Assembly: GCA_002709665.1 (NCBI GenBank)
Contig: PAQK01000029.1
Coordinates: forward strand, 31,874-95,873
Reading direction: 5' to 3'
Source: Gemmatimonadota bacterium
Lineage (GTDB): Bacteria > Latescibacterota > UBA2968 > GCA-2709665
DNA length: 64,000 nucleotides
Shown: positions 35,453 through 45,500 of the stretch, one piece after another
Position numbering within the stretch: position 1 is the first letter of the stretch
How the letters are laid out: each line of letters opens with the position of its first letter
The notes under the pieces: model-generated
Database searches by the model: none
Seen by the model: only the letters and a program-made list of their open reading frames with translations
Told to the model about the DNA's origin: nothing
Translations under genes and position numbers: made by a program

Positions 35453-37339
35453 TCAGACGAATTTCACCGTCTGGATTTCCCGGGTCGCCAATCTGATGCC
35501 CTTGGCTTTGTTGCCCCTGACGGGATAGTCGTCAACAGAGAATTCCTCTTCGAGGACCCTGACTCTTACCTTCGGTTTGTAATTGACCTGGACTTTCTGA
35601 CCGGTTTCCGTCGTGAGTTTAAGGACCTTGCATCCTTCAGGAACGAGGTCGTATCCCTTATTTAGAATGTATTTGGCAATATGACAGCGCTTTATGTAGG
35701 GATATCCCGCTTTGTCCTTATAAAGAACTGTGAACACCCGCTTCTCATCCAGAAAGTCGCAGAACAACATGTTGGTATCTACGAACAGCTTCTCCGGCGC
35801 ATCTATAACCGAATAGACGCCGGTCTTACGGATGACAAGGACACGGTCATAAAGGGAGACATCATACAAAGGGTTTCCATTGACCTGGTGTCCCAGATAT
35901 CCGCTTTTCCTGTCGTATTTGAGTTTAAGATTTCGCTGTGCCGCAACGCGTACATCCACCTGCTCCATAGACACGACTTCCGTTCTCCGGGGGTACTGAT
36001 CTCCGTACTTCTCGATCAGGGCGGTCAGGATAGAGATGGCATAACCTGGGATGTCCGCGAGGTTGGTCCTGATCTCTTTCAGCTTCTTGCGAATCTCCTG
36101 CATCTCAGATTTCGCTTTATTGATGTCGTAGAGCGAGATTCTGCGGATCGGAATCTTCAACAGGGTGTCAATGTCCTCTTCGGTGACCTCCCGTCTGATC
36201 TTACTCTTGAACGGTTTCAAACCATCCAGGACTGACTGGTTAACATCCTCTACCGTCGTCATTTCTTCGATGGCCTTGTAAATCCGGTTCTCAATGAAGA
36301 TCTGCTCCAGGGTTTTGGCGTGGAGACGATCTTTGAGAATTTCCTCATCGATCTTGAGTTCCGCTTTGAGGACCTTGGCCAGGTGATCCGTGTTGTAGGC
36401 AAGTACATCGGTGACCGACATGATGTGTGGACGGTTATCTCGAATGACGAGCATATTGACCGAGATGGACGACTCGCAATCGGTGAATGCATATAATGCA
36501 TCCACAGTGTCCTTTGTATGAACCCCTCGTGCCAGCTGAATCTCGATTTCAACCTGGTCTGAGGTGTAGTCGCTGATTCCAGAGATCTTGAGTTTGTTTT
36601 TTCGGGCCGCGACTTCGATGGACGCAATCAGACTTTCTGTTGTCGACCCGTACGGCAAATCTCTGATGACGAGACGTTTGGGGTCGCTCGTGTCTAACTT
36701 TGCCCGTACGAGCACCTTGCCATTCCCATCGTTGTAATTCGAGATGTCTACCTGGCCACCGGTAAGAAAGTCCGGAGAGAGCTGATAGGGTTCGTCTTTC
36801 AGGTAGGCGATCTGTGCTTCCATGAGCTCAATGAGATTGTGGGGCAGTATCTTGGTGGTCATACCCGGGGCGATTCCCTCGGTGCCCTGTGCCAGGAGAA
36901 CTGGTATCTTTGCAGGAAAGGCAAGCGGTTCCCGGCTCCTGCCATCGTAGGAATCCTCGTACTCGGTGATACGAGGGTTGTGCAGGACTTCCCTGGCTAG
37001 CGGCGTCAGCCGACACTCTATGTATCTCGATGCCGATGCCTCGTCGCCCGTAAAGATGTTACCGAAGTTCCCCTGCTTGTCGATGAACATCTCTTTGTTG
37101 GCCAGGTTCACCAGGGCACCAATAATGGAAAGGTCGCCATGGGGGTGGTATTTCATCGTCTGCCCGACCAGATTGGCAACCTTGTGATACTTTCCGTCAT
37201 CCATTTCGAAAAGCGTATGCAGGATTCTCCTCTGGACGGGCTTCAGGCCATCGTCAATGTCCGGGATCGCGCGGTCCTTGATTACGTAGGAGGCGTGTTC
37301 TAGAAAGTACTTGTCGTATAACGTGTCCAGATAAGCCAA
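35453..37339 (-). CDS. parC: Type IIA DNA topoisomerase subunit A, topoisomerase IV ParC-like (FCB-group type), with a short C-terminal domain
   Basis: YFLEHASYVIKDRAIPDIDDGLKPVQRRILH...VANLVGQTMKYHPHGD...ASRYIECRL (catalytic Tyr motif). 628 aa. Immediately downstream of the B subunit. Confidence 0.8.
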   Translation of the reverse strand: MAYLDTLYDKYFLEHASYVIKDRAIPDIDDGLKPVQRRILHTLFEMDDGKYHKVANLVGQTMKYHPHGDLSIIGALVNLANKEMFIDKQGNFGNIFTGDEASASRYIECRLTPLAREVLHNPRITEYEDSYDGRSREPLAFPAKIPVLLAQGTEGIAPGMTTKILPHNLIELMEAQIAYLKDEPYQLSPDFLTGGQVDISNYNDGNGKVLVRAKLDTSDPKRLVIRDLPYGSTTESLIASIEVAARKNKLKISGISDYTSDQVEIEIQLARGVHTKDTVDALYAFTDCESSISVNMLVIRDNRPHIMSVTDVLAYNTDHLAKVLKAELKIDEEILKDRLHAKTLEQIFIENRIYKAIEEMTTVEDVNQSVLDGLKPFKSKIRREVTEEDIDTLLKIPIRRISLYDINKAKSEMQEIRKKLKEIRTNLADIPGYAISILTALIEKYGDQYPRRTEVVSMEQVDVRVAAQRNLKLKYDRKSGYLGHQVNGNPLYDVSLYDRVLVIRKTGVYSVIDAPEKLFVDTNMLFCDFLDEKRVFTVLYKDKAGYPYIKRCHIAKYILNKGYDLVPEGCKVLKLTTETGQKVQVNYKPKVRVRVLEEEFSVDDYPVRGNKAKGIRLATREIQTVKFV

Positions 37340-37370
37340 GGGTGCTGCCCTCCAAAGCTGTGCTGCAGTG

Positions 37371-39242
37371 CTAGATCAGGTTCTCGAGGATATAGTCCCT
37401 GCGCTCGGGGGTGTTCTTGCCCATGTAAAAGCCCAGGGTATCTGCGATGCCTGCGGTGGATTTGATGTTCACCTTTATGAGCTTGATGTCTTCACCAATG
37501 AATTGACCGAATTCGTTGGGTGAGATTTCCCCAAGTCCCTTGAATCGGGTGACTTCGGGATTTCTCATCTTGTAGAGGACCGTGTCGCGCTCTTTGTTGC
37601 TGTAGCAATAGTGGGTGGATTTGCCGTTCCGCACGCGGAACAAGGGCGTTTCGAGGATGTATACATGCCCCGCCACGACGAGTTCCTCAAAATAGTTGAG
37701 GAAAAATGTGAGGAGCAGGTTCCGGATGTGGAATCCATCGTGATCGGCGTCCGTAGCGATCACGACTTTGCTGAATCGCAGGTTTTCGACACTGTCCTCG
37801 ATCCCGAGCGCCATCATCAGGTTGAACAGCTCTTCGTTCTTGTAGATCGCGGCTTTGTTTTTTCCGAACACGTTTTGCGGGACACCTTTAAGGCCGAATA
37901 TCGCCTGCGTTTCGACATCCCGTGAAGAGACCATGGACCCGGCCGCTGACGGTCCCTCTGTGATGAAAATGGTGGTTTCGTCTCCCCGTTTCTTGTGACC
38001 GAGATGGTATTTGCAGTCCTTGAAGTGGGGGATTTTGATGGCGATTTTTCTTGCGGCTTCCTTGGCTTCTTTCTTCACCGCATTCAACTCTTTCCTCAGG
38101 CGTTCGTTCTGGGCGATCTTCTCAGCCAGCTTCTTGGAGGCCCCCTGATTCTTGTGCAGGAAGTCCACCACGCCACTACGTACTTCCGATACGATCCACC
38201 CACGTACATCCGTGTTGCCAAGTTTGTTCTTGGTTTGCGACTCGAAAACCGGCGACTTGAGCTTCACGGCGACCGCTCCGGAAATACTCTCTCTGACATC
38301 CACGCCGTTGTAGTTCTTCTTGAAGAACTCATTGATACCCTTCAGAACGCCCTCGCGGAATGCACTTTGGTGGGTACCTCCATCCGAGGTGTACTGTCCA
38401 TTCACAAAGGAGAAATACGTTTCCCCGTAGGTAGCGGTATGGGTGAAAGCGAATTCCAGGTATTGACTCTTGTGGTATGCAGCGTCGTAGATTCCCGTGT
38501 CCTTCACTTCACTCATCAGGAAATCCAGCAACCCCTGTTTGGACTGGAACCGCTTCTTGTTGAAGACCAGCGCGAGCCCGCTGTTCAAACAGGCGTAATT
38601 CCACATCCGCTGCTCAACGTATTCGGTATTGAAATCGAACTCTTCCCCGAATATCTCGGAATCCGGATAGAATTCGAAGTAGGTGCCATCGGGCTCCCCA
38701 AATTTCTTCCCCTGTTTTTTGTGTTTCAATGTACCACGCTCGAAAACTGCTTCGGAGTACTTGCCGCCGCGGTATGCCACTACCTTGAATTCAGAGGAGA
38801 GGGCATTTACGGCTTTTGTGCCGACTCCGTTGAGCCCGACACTGAATTGGAATACATCGTCGTTGTATTTTGCGCCGGTATTGATGACCGAAACACAGTC
38901 CACAACCTTCCCCAGCGGGATGCCTCGGCCATAGTCCCGAACCGCCACGCGATTGTCTTTTATGGTGACGTCGATCTTTTTGCCGTAGCCCATGATGAAT
39001 TCATCCACGGCGTTGTCTATGATCTCTTTCAGCAGGACGTAAATGCCGTCGTCCGGATCGGCCCCGTCTCCCAGCCGGCCAATATACATGCCTGTTCGCA
39101 AGCGAATGTGTTCCAGGGAACTGAGCGTTTTGACCTTGGATTCGTCGTAGCCGTGTCCCTTTGCCTTTCCATTGGACTTACGCGAATTCGCCTTGGGATC
39201 TATGGGAAGGCCCAACTGGTCTTTAGAATCAGTTTTTGCCAT
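37371..39242 (-). CDS. parE: Type IIA DNA topoisomerase subunit B, topoisomerase IV ParE-like
   Basis: LEHIRLRTGMYIG, LLKEIIDNAVDE (GHKL ATPase N-box), GLNGVGTKAVNALS, the TOPRIM block TIFITEGPSAAGS, and IATDADHDGFHI. 623 aa. Confidence 0.85.
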   Translation of the reverse strand: MAKTDSKDQLGLPIDPKANSRKSNGKAKGHGYDESKVKTLSSLEHIRLRTGMYIGRLGDGADPDDGIYVLLKEIIDNAVDEFIMGYGKKIDVTIKDNRVAVRDYGRGIPLGKVVDCVSVINTGAKYNDDVFQFSVGLNGVGTKAVNALSSEFKVVAYRGGKYSEAVFERGTLKHKKQGKKFGEPDGTYFEFYPDSEIFGEEFDFNTEYVEQRMWNYACLNSGLALVFNKKRFQSKQGLLDFLMSEVKDTGIYDAAYHKSQYLEFAFTHTATYGETYFSFVNGQYTSDGGTHQSAFREGVLKGINEFFKKNYNGVDVRESISGAVAVKLKSPVFESQTKNKLGNTDVRGWIVSEVRSGVVDFLHKNQGASKKLAEKIAQNERLRKELNAVKKEAKEAARKIAIKIPHFKDCKYHLGHKKRGDETTIFITEGPSAAGSMVSSRDVETQAIFGLKGVPQNVFGKNKAAIYKNEELFNLMMALGIEDSVENLRFSKVVIATDADHDGFHIRNLLLTFFLNYFEELVVAGHVYILETPLFRVRNGKSTHYCYSNKERDTVLYKMRNPEVTRFKGLGEISPNEFGQFIGEDIKLIKVNIKSTAGIADTLGFYMGKNTPERRDYILENLI

Positions 39243-39425
39243 TGAAATACCTTATTCGGGTTGAATAGACGCTGCCCACTTCAGGGCATAGGGAAGCAGA
39301 AAGGGAGACCACAAAAGCAAGTGCCGATAACTACAATTTGGGGAAACTGCGGTTTTTCTGGAAGGGGATTAGCAGTGAAAGAATATAGCTCATCTCACCG
39401 GATCGTTCAAGGAATTTCTGGCAGC

Positions 39426-40535
39426 TCAGTCCTTACGGACACGCACCTCAGTATACTGGTTCTTGTAATATCTGAAGTTTCCGGTGGCATTCGTTTGTCT
39501 GACGGCAGACGTGGGTGTGGCATGCAAAAACCAGTTGTTGTATATCTCCGCACTTTCCTGCGGTACGCCACGGATCACGATTGCAGTGACATCCGCCGCC
39601 CGGAAGGTGTTGTGGTGAATGAGCATGAGGTCTCCGGCGATGTCTGTGCCGTCGTCGCGATCTCTACCCCCGTGCATGTCGAAACTGTGACTGTTGGCGT
39701 TCTCCAGGACTATGTTGAACCGGGCCTCGTAACTGGTGCCCGGCCTGCCTGTGCCGGCAATGTGGTGACGGCCCCAATCGAACAGATTGGCCTCGATAAG
39801 TGCATTAGATTGATCGAGTACCACACCATATCCCAAGCCGTGCCGCTGGTTGTGGTGCATAAAATTGTGATGGATGTGGTTGTCGGTCGACCCCTTCTGC
39901 AGGAAGACCGCCGCGTGGCTCCATCCCCATAACTCACAGTTGTCTACCTGCAATTGAGGATGGGTGGTCTGTATTCCTCTGGAATTGGGAATGCTGTAGT
40001 ACTGACCCTGACGGGACAGTTCGGTCATCTGCTCCGTCCTTCGAAGTGTGTCGGGCCCCTGGATACGCAGACCTGTAACGCGAACACCACTGCCGGTGGC
40101 CTTGAACAGCGGCAGGGTGTCGATTTCATCAGAAAACAACCACCCCCCCTCGGAACCATCCTGCCCCCTGCCACTAGCAAGCGTGACGCCCCCGCGCAGC
40201 GTCAAGTTCTTCAGTCCAGTCAGGTCAATCCGTGCAGTGTCCGCCACATACACCGTTTGGGCGGCACCCGCCAATTCCAGAGCGTCCAGCAATTCCTGGC
40301 GCGTAGATACCAGATAATCGTACTCGAAAACTCTAAGGGTATAGCCCTCGCCGCCTCCTATCGGATTTCCCGTGGGGTTGACATCGGCGCTATATCTGTC
40401 ATCTCCGAGTTGTGGCCTCGCGGAAGTGCCGCCGGTCATCTCCGTGTCCGAGGAGATGGGTTGGTTCTTGCCGCCGCAGGACAGGTTCACAAGGACAATT
40501 AGGCAGAGCAGGTACGCGCGGAGAATCGCTGGCAT
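39426..40535 (-). CDS. Right-handed parallel beta-helix lipoprotein (pectate-lyase-fold, possible polysaccharide lyase/epimerase)
   Basis: Lipobox MPAILRAYLLCLIVLVNLSC. Beta-helix repeats with NHIHHNFMHHN, ALIEANLF, NIVLEN and MLIHHNTF turns. 369 aa. Confidence 0.6.
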   Translation of the reverse strand: MPAILRAYLLCLIVLVNLSCGGKNQPISSDTEMTGGTSARPQLGDDRYSADVNPTGNPIGGGEGYTLRVFEYDYLVSTRQELLDALELAGAAQTVYVADTARIDLTGLKNLTLRGGVTLASGRGQDGSEGGWLFSDEIDTLPLFKATGSGVRVTGLRIQGPDTLRRTEQMTELSRQGQYYSIPNSRGIQTTHPQLQVDNCELWGWSHAAVFLQKGSTDNHIHHNFMHHNQRHGLGYGVVLDQSNALIEANLFDWGRHHIAGTGRPGTSYEARFNIVLENANSHSFDMHGGRDRDDGTDIAGDLMLIHHNTFRAADVTAIVIRGVPQESAEIYNNWFLHATPTSAVRQTNATGNFRYYKNQYTEVRVRKD

Positions 40536-40686
40536 TTTCTACACCTCGTCTAATCAATTGGCAGCCAAGAAGAAGACTTGCTACTATAATACCTCAAATC
40601 TGTCGGGAAGGCAAAACTGGAGATAAAAAAGGGGCGACCACAGGGGGCCGCCCCAACGACTGCTCAGCCTTTTTCGCGAGCGGTTG

Positions 40687-42060
40687 TTAATACATATTTT
40701 CCTTCGTGGTGATTGGGCACCACCGCGAGGTCGTGAGATGGTTCAACAGGATTTCGGTAGCTTGGGGTGTTCCGATGCATTGCAAGGCAACTGCAGAATG
40801 TCCGGACGCATATCTGTTCTCATCGTTCAGCGCTTCCGCAAGGGCGGGAACGGCTTCTTCAGCTTCAGGCCCAAATCGGGCGAGGGAGTAGGCAGCATTG
40901 TATCTGACCTGGTCGTCACCATCTTCGAGTGCCCGGCTGAGTGCAGGAACGGCGACTTCCGGATTGACGGAGATCGTTCCAAGGGCTTCGGCAACGTGGT
41001 GCCGGACCCATTCAGATTTGTCGTTTAGAGCGCCGGCAAGCGCCGACACTGATTCCCGGGCTGAGGGACCCATATCGCCAAGGGCAAATGCAGCATGACC
41101 TCGAACCGTGTCGCTGTCGTGTTTCAGCGCGGCCTGGAGATCCTCAACAGCAGCTTCCCCAACGGCGGAGAGGGCATAAGCGGCATCGAGCTGGGCCGCT
41201 TCATTGTCGCCCTTCAGGGCGTTGAGAAGATCCGGAATCGCGTCCTCGCCGAGTTTTGCTAGACCGTAAGCCGCATTCAGTCTGGTGGATTCGTCGGGTG
41301 CTTCGATGGACGTTGCCAATTCCGCATTGTCCTGGGTCTTGTCCTCGTCGGGCCTTCTGCCGGCCGCCCAATCCCACATCTGGGACCAGATGATTTCGTG
41401 TTTGTCTCCGATGCCATTTCCATGCCAGGACTCCTCCTGGTTGTTCCAGCTAGGCTGTTCCGGCTCGGACATCCGCGTGAACTGGAACTTCATCATGTAT
41501 CGGTTCTTGTCCGTATTGTTGGCTGTAGATCTGTGCCAGATATCGAAATGGACGATGGCGATCGTTCCTGCTTCTCCGCATACGGGAACACCGAGTTCAT
41601 CCAGATTGTCCAAACGGTCTGCATAATAGTGGGTGTGTGGGATGACCGCGGTAGGACCGTTCTGGATTGTCACATCCTGGGGGTAATAGAAGGCCATTGC
41701 CCATCGGTTGCGATGGTAACGAACCTTTCTGTAGCCCCAATAGCTGTCCTTGTGCCACCCTCCGTGCTTGCTATGTGGCTTGTTGATATGCGGGTGGCGA
41801 TGGATGTGCATGGTATAATCCGGTCCCAGGATGCTGGAAAATGCGCCCTGAACTTCCGGTTGGTCAAATACGGTCTGTATCTCAGGAACCCTGGGCAGAA
41901 TGTTGTTGCCAGGGTTGCCTTCGCTCTCAAAGACTTCCTCGGTCTTTCTGTATACCTCTTCGTGAAACTCCCCTGGAAGCCCAACTTTAAGCACTGTATA
42001 CCCATTGGCGATGAATTCTTTCATCTGCTCGTCGCTCAGCAAATGTTTCGGGTCAAACAT
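40687..42060 (-). CDS. Fusion protein: PhyH-family Fe(II)/2OG dioxygenase domain plus C-terminal HEAT / PBS-lyase-like repeats
   Basis: N-terminal ~240 aa are PhyH-like (GYTVLK..., GGWHKDSYW, GTIAIVHFDIWHRSTAN). C-terminal ~200 aa hold about six VR..AA.ALG-type repeats (RLNAAYGLAKLG, QLDAAYALSAVG, VRGHAAFALGDMG, VRHHVAEALGTI, VRYNAAYSLARFG, ASGHSAVALQCIG). Confidence 0.7.
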   Translation of the reverse strand: MFDPKHLLSDEQMKEFIANGYTVLKVGLPGEFHEEVYRKTEEVFESEGNPGNNILPRVPEIQTVFDQPEVQGAFSSILGPDYTMHIHRHPHINKPHSKHGGWHKDSYWGYRKVRYHRNRWAMAFYYPQDVTIQNGPTAVIPHTHYYADRLDNLDELGVPVCGEAGTIAIVHFDIWHRSTANNTDKNRYMMKFQFTRMSEPEQPSWNNQEESWHGNGIGDKHEIIWSQMWDWAAGRRPDEDKTQDNAELATSIEAPDESTRLNAAYGLAKLGEDAIPDLLNALKGDNEAAQLDAAYALSAVGEAAVEDLQAALKHDSDTVRGHAAFALGDMGPSARESVSALAGALNDKSEWVRHHVAEALGTISVNPEVAVPALSRALEDGDDQVRYNAAYSLARFGPEAEEAVPALAEALNDENRYASGHSAVALQCIGTPQATEILLNHLTTSRWCPITTKENMY

Positions 42061-42190
42061 GGGATTGTCTCCGGGTGAAATTACCTTTGTTCAGAAAGCG
42101 TATATTTGTCTGTTGGACCAAAATTAGGGATTCGACCCAGTTGGGTCAAGCCTGAATTGGCCAGGAACACAAAGTCGGTTGGAAGAATTC

Positions 42191-42219
42191 TTGAACTACA
42201 TAAAGTTGCACGGTATCAT
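42191..42219 (+). promoter_or_regulatory. Candidate sigma70-like promoter ahead of the receiver fragment and the GWxTD gene array
   Basis: TTGAAC (42191-42196), 17-nt spacer, TATCAT (42214-42219), about 60 nt upstream of ATG 42282. Confidence 0.35.
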
Positions 42220-42281
42220 GGCTTCAGACTACCTTTAACTGCCTTTTCCAAACAGGGAGCTTTGGGAAAACAGGGAGTCCA

Positions 42282-42518
42282 ATGGGGTCCTCAGGTGCCG
42301 GCGAATCCAAGGATGAGATCCTCGTGGTGGATGTACAGATCCTGTCCTTCATGTTGAGTGAGAATGGCTACAATGTGGAAATGGCGCTATCCCATAAAAA
42401 GGCACTGGAGGTGGTTCGGCGGAGGCTGCCTGACCTGATTTTCCTGGACATCAATATGCCTGGGATGAGCGGCTACGACGTTTGCGAGAAGCCGAACTCG
42501 ACGCGTTTGACGGAGTGA
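42282..42518 (+). pseudogene. Orphan N-terminal half of a CheY-like receiver domain (truncated after helix 3)
   Basis: EILVVDVQILSFML...GYNVEMALSHKKALEVVRRRLPDLIFLDINMPGMSGYDVCEK covers beta1-alpha3 with the acceptor Asp. It stops at TGA 42516-42518, one base before the next gene. Beta4-alpha5 (conserved T/S and K) are absent. Confidence 0.5.
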
Positions 42519-42528
42519 GGTGATCCGG

Positions 42529-45500
42529 ATGCAACTGCGAACAGCCATTGCAGCATTTCTCTTCTTGTCCTTCTCTCAGGGTTGTCTTCTCCAAGCTGCG
42601 GTCGACTCAAATGAGGTAGATGTGCAGGTGGATGGATGGCTGCCCGGGATCAGGGACACACTTCACCTGACCGTAGGCAGGAACAGGGCGACCAGAGTCT
42701 CAGGCGACCTGGATGGTATTCGATTTCCCTGTAGGGATGTGAGAACACGACTCAAAGATCTCCAGAGACAGAATCGCCAAGTGATCCATTCTCCGAAGCG
42801 TGATGTCGACATCATGAACAAAGGCCTCGAACTTGGGGAGTACAACCGGACAGAATTACGTCAGGGTCTCAACAACATCCGGAAGAGGCGGCTGGGCGCG
42901 AGAGTTGGGCTCAATGTAGTGGGGCTCCTGAAACAGATCGTCGAAGATCCGGATCTGACGGCGCGTTGGGCACCGCCAGTCCGCGATGTTCTTGTTGTAA
43001 ACCGAAACTGTAGAGAATTGGCAGTGGACGTCCGGGACTCCGATACCGTGCAGGTTGTGTACACACCGGCATTCTCCAGTTTCAAACAAGAAGACATCCC
43101 ATCCGAGGACCTGTTCGGTAAGATGGCCAAAGTGAAGGTGGCGGTGGCCGTGCACGATTCCACTACGGCGGCTCAGGTTTTCGAGAACCACAGTAGCATG
43201 ACTGCAGGGGGAGGATCGCTTCTGGAAGTCGGGGTTTCAGATCTAAGGGGTCGGGCCTCTGGGTTGTGGAAGGGGGATGATTCTCGAGGAGTGCTCGTTT
43301 TTCCATCTGTTTTGGTCCCGAGGCCCGGGCGACTGATTCTGGACGGCGCAGAGCCCGCATCAGAACGTGATCTCGAATCTGTACAGGTGGTGCGGATTCA
43401 GGACGGCACTGCAGTTCAGGAAGCCCTCCGAGAAGCCGAGAAGGCCACATCTTCAGGTGTCGACGGAGCGGTATCGGATGGCGAAACCGCATCAGCAGAC
43501 CTGGGACCTGCATCCTACCGGGAGGGCGTTAGAAAGCTCGACGAAGGGGATCTGGAGAGTGCACTCACTCACTTCAAGGCTACCGTAGGGGAGGACACTA
43601 GGCACGCCCACGCGTATATGGGTATGGCGGACGCGTACTTCCGGCAGATGAATTACAAGGACGCGAAGTTTTACTACAACAAGGCGCTAAAACGGGATCC
43701 TGAACTCACGATGGCGCTTTGGAAACTCGGGGATCTGGCGTTTGTCCAGGAAGACTGGGTGGCAGCCAAGAATGTGTACGGAAAGATCCTGACCAGTCAA
43801 CCCGAACATCTGTTCGCTATGTTTCGTCGTGCAATCGCTTACCGGGACAATGGGAAATCACTGGCGACGGTCTTCAGGTGGATGGAATGGCGCAGGTCTG
43901 AGCAATTCTTCCGTGTGGTGGCCACAAAAGACCCGTTGTTCGAGGACGTACACTATCAGCACGCCATACTCAAGCGATATCAGGGTCAGTACAAAAAGGC
44001 CATTCTCCTTGGCGAAAAGCAAGTTGCATTGAAGTCGGAGATTGCTTCCACCCGTCTAGGGTTGTTCCGTCTGTACTATCATTACTTGGACAACAAAGGG
44101 ACGAATGAGGTTCTGGCTTGGTTACAGAAACAGAATTCTCCCACATCCCGTTATTTCGTGGGCGAGGCTCTGCGCTACAAGGGAGAGTTTGCCCGGGCGG
44201 ATTCGGTTTTGAATACCTGGATTGGATCCAATCCGCAGGTCAGTGTTGCACCTGCCTTTCTTTCTCTTGCCAGAATCGCCTTCCAGGACTTCAAGCCTCA
44301 GATCGGCGAAGTCCAATTCTGGCGCGCTGTGGACAGTATTCAGGACTCTCTGGATGCTCAATTGGTTTACCAGGACGTTAAGTACATCGTGAACTTGGAG
44401 GAGATGTCGGCTTTCCAGGAGATCACCACGGTGGACGATTGGAAGACCTTCTTCAGAAAGATCTGGGTAAGCCGCGATCCCACGCCATCGGTTGAGTGGA
44501 ATGCGCGGCTGTCCGAGCACTATCGTCGATTGTTGTATGTGGAAAGACACTATTTGTTCGATGGGTTCAGGACGTGGTTCAACGATCCAGATAAGTTCGA
44601 TAACCTGGATTTCCTCGAAACTACCGACCTCAACGATCGGTTCAATGACAAGGGTCTTGTCTATTTGCGGCACGGGGAAGCTTCCGATATTCAGAAGCCC
44701 ATGGACCTTCGTGAGGTGTGGTGGTATTGGAAGACCAAAGAGTATCCTGAAATGGTCTTTAATTTTGCGGCCTCCCCAACCGCGGTCGGCAGCAACTGGC
44801 GGTTGGTGGAATCGGCGCTTGGGTCCGGTAATTTGAGTGCCCGCGTCCGGTGGGATGTAGAGAAGCGAATCAGAAAGGTCCGGAGATCTGTTTCCGAAGG
44901 GTTGGTTACGGACAGGCACACCTGGGATGAGAAGGTAGATGCCCTTGATTATGAATCCTATCTGGCATTTTTCAAGGGAGACGAAGGAAAGAATTCTGTT
45001 GAGCTGTATTACGGAATTGAGCTGAAAGAACTGAAGAAGGTCACAAAGGAGTTGGTGGATACCGACCCTGTTTTCGAATATGGTTTTGCGCTGCACGATC
45101 TGGATTGGAACCGTTTCGTTAATGAGAACGGTACGGTCACATTGTCAAACTGGGATGCGATTTCATATGAGGATTGGGGAATCGGTACGGTCAAGGCCCA
45201 GGGAAATGCGGATTCGTGCCAGGCGGCGTTCTTCTTACGTCCCAGTTCGAAATCGCTCCTGGGAGGTTGGAAAGGAGGCATACGCATACCCGAGATCTCA
45301 TCGACCGAACTGGATATGAGCTCGGTCGTACCTGCTTACGAAATAGATCAGGACAAGGAGACAGAGGACGTATTCTCTTCACGCGGCATTCACATGGTGC
45401 CAAACCCTTCCCGACGCTTTCCCAGGAAGGAACCCGTGTATGTCTATTTCGAATTGTACAACCTCACACCCTCCGAAAGCGGGCTGACTTCCTTCGAAGT

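Noticed and set aside
37995-39245. Long antisense ORFs: 416 aa opposite parE (37995-39245), 324 aa opposite P1 (44122-45096), 272 aa at 53091-53909, 271 aa at 52348-53163, 258 aa at 16707-17483, 243 aa at 60342-61073 and 226 aa at 41398-42078.
   Set aside because: Each lies fully inside a gene on the other strand that has strong family motifs. Their translations are low-complexity or Arg/Gly/Val-rich with no recognisable domains. This is a typical frame artefact of GC-biased third positions.
25511-42518. A 17-kb inversion that split one response-regulator gene into the N-terminal half (42282-42518, plus strand) and the C-terminal half (25313-25510, minus strand). Reversing the interval would place them head-to-tail.
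   Set aside because: The fragments overlap in the helix-3 region (GMSGYDVCEK versus IMSNLVAEKMKQ) instead of abutting. They look like homologous positions of two different receivers. The shared GTT.GC.GAGAAG nucleotides are explained by that homology. It is not excluded, but it is unsupported.
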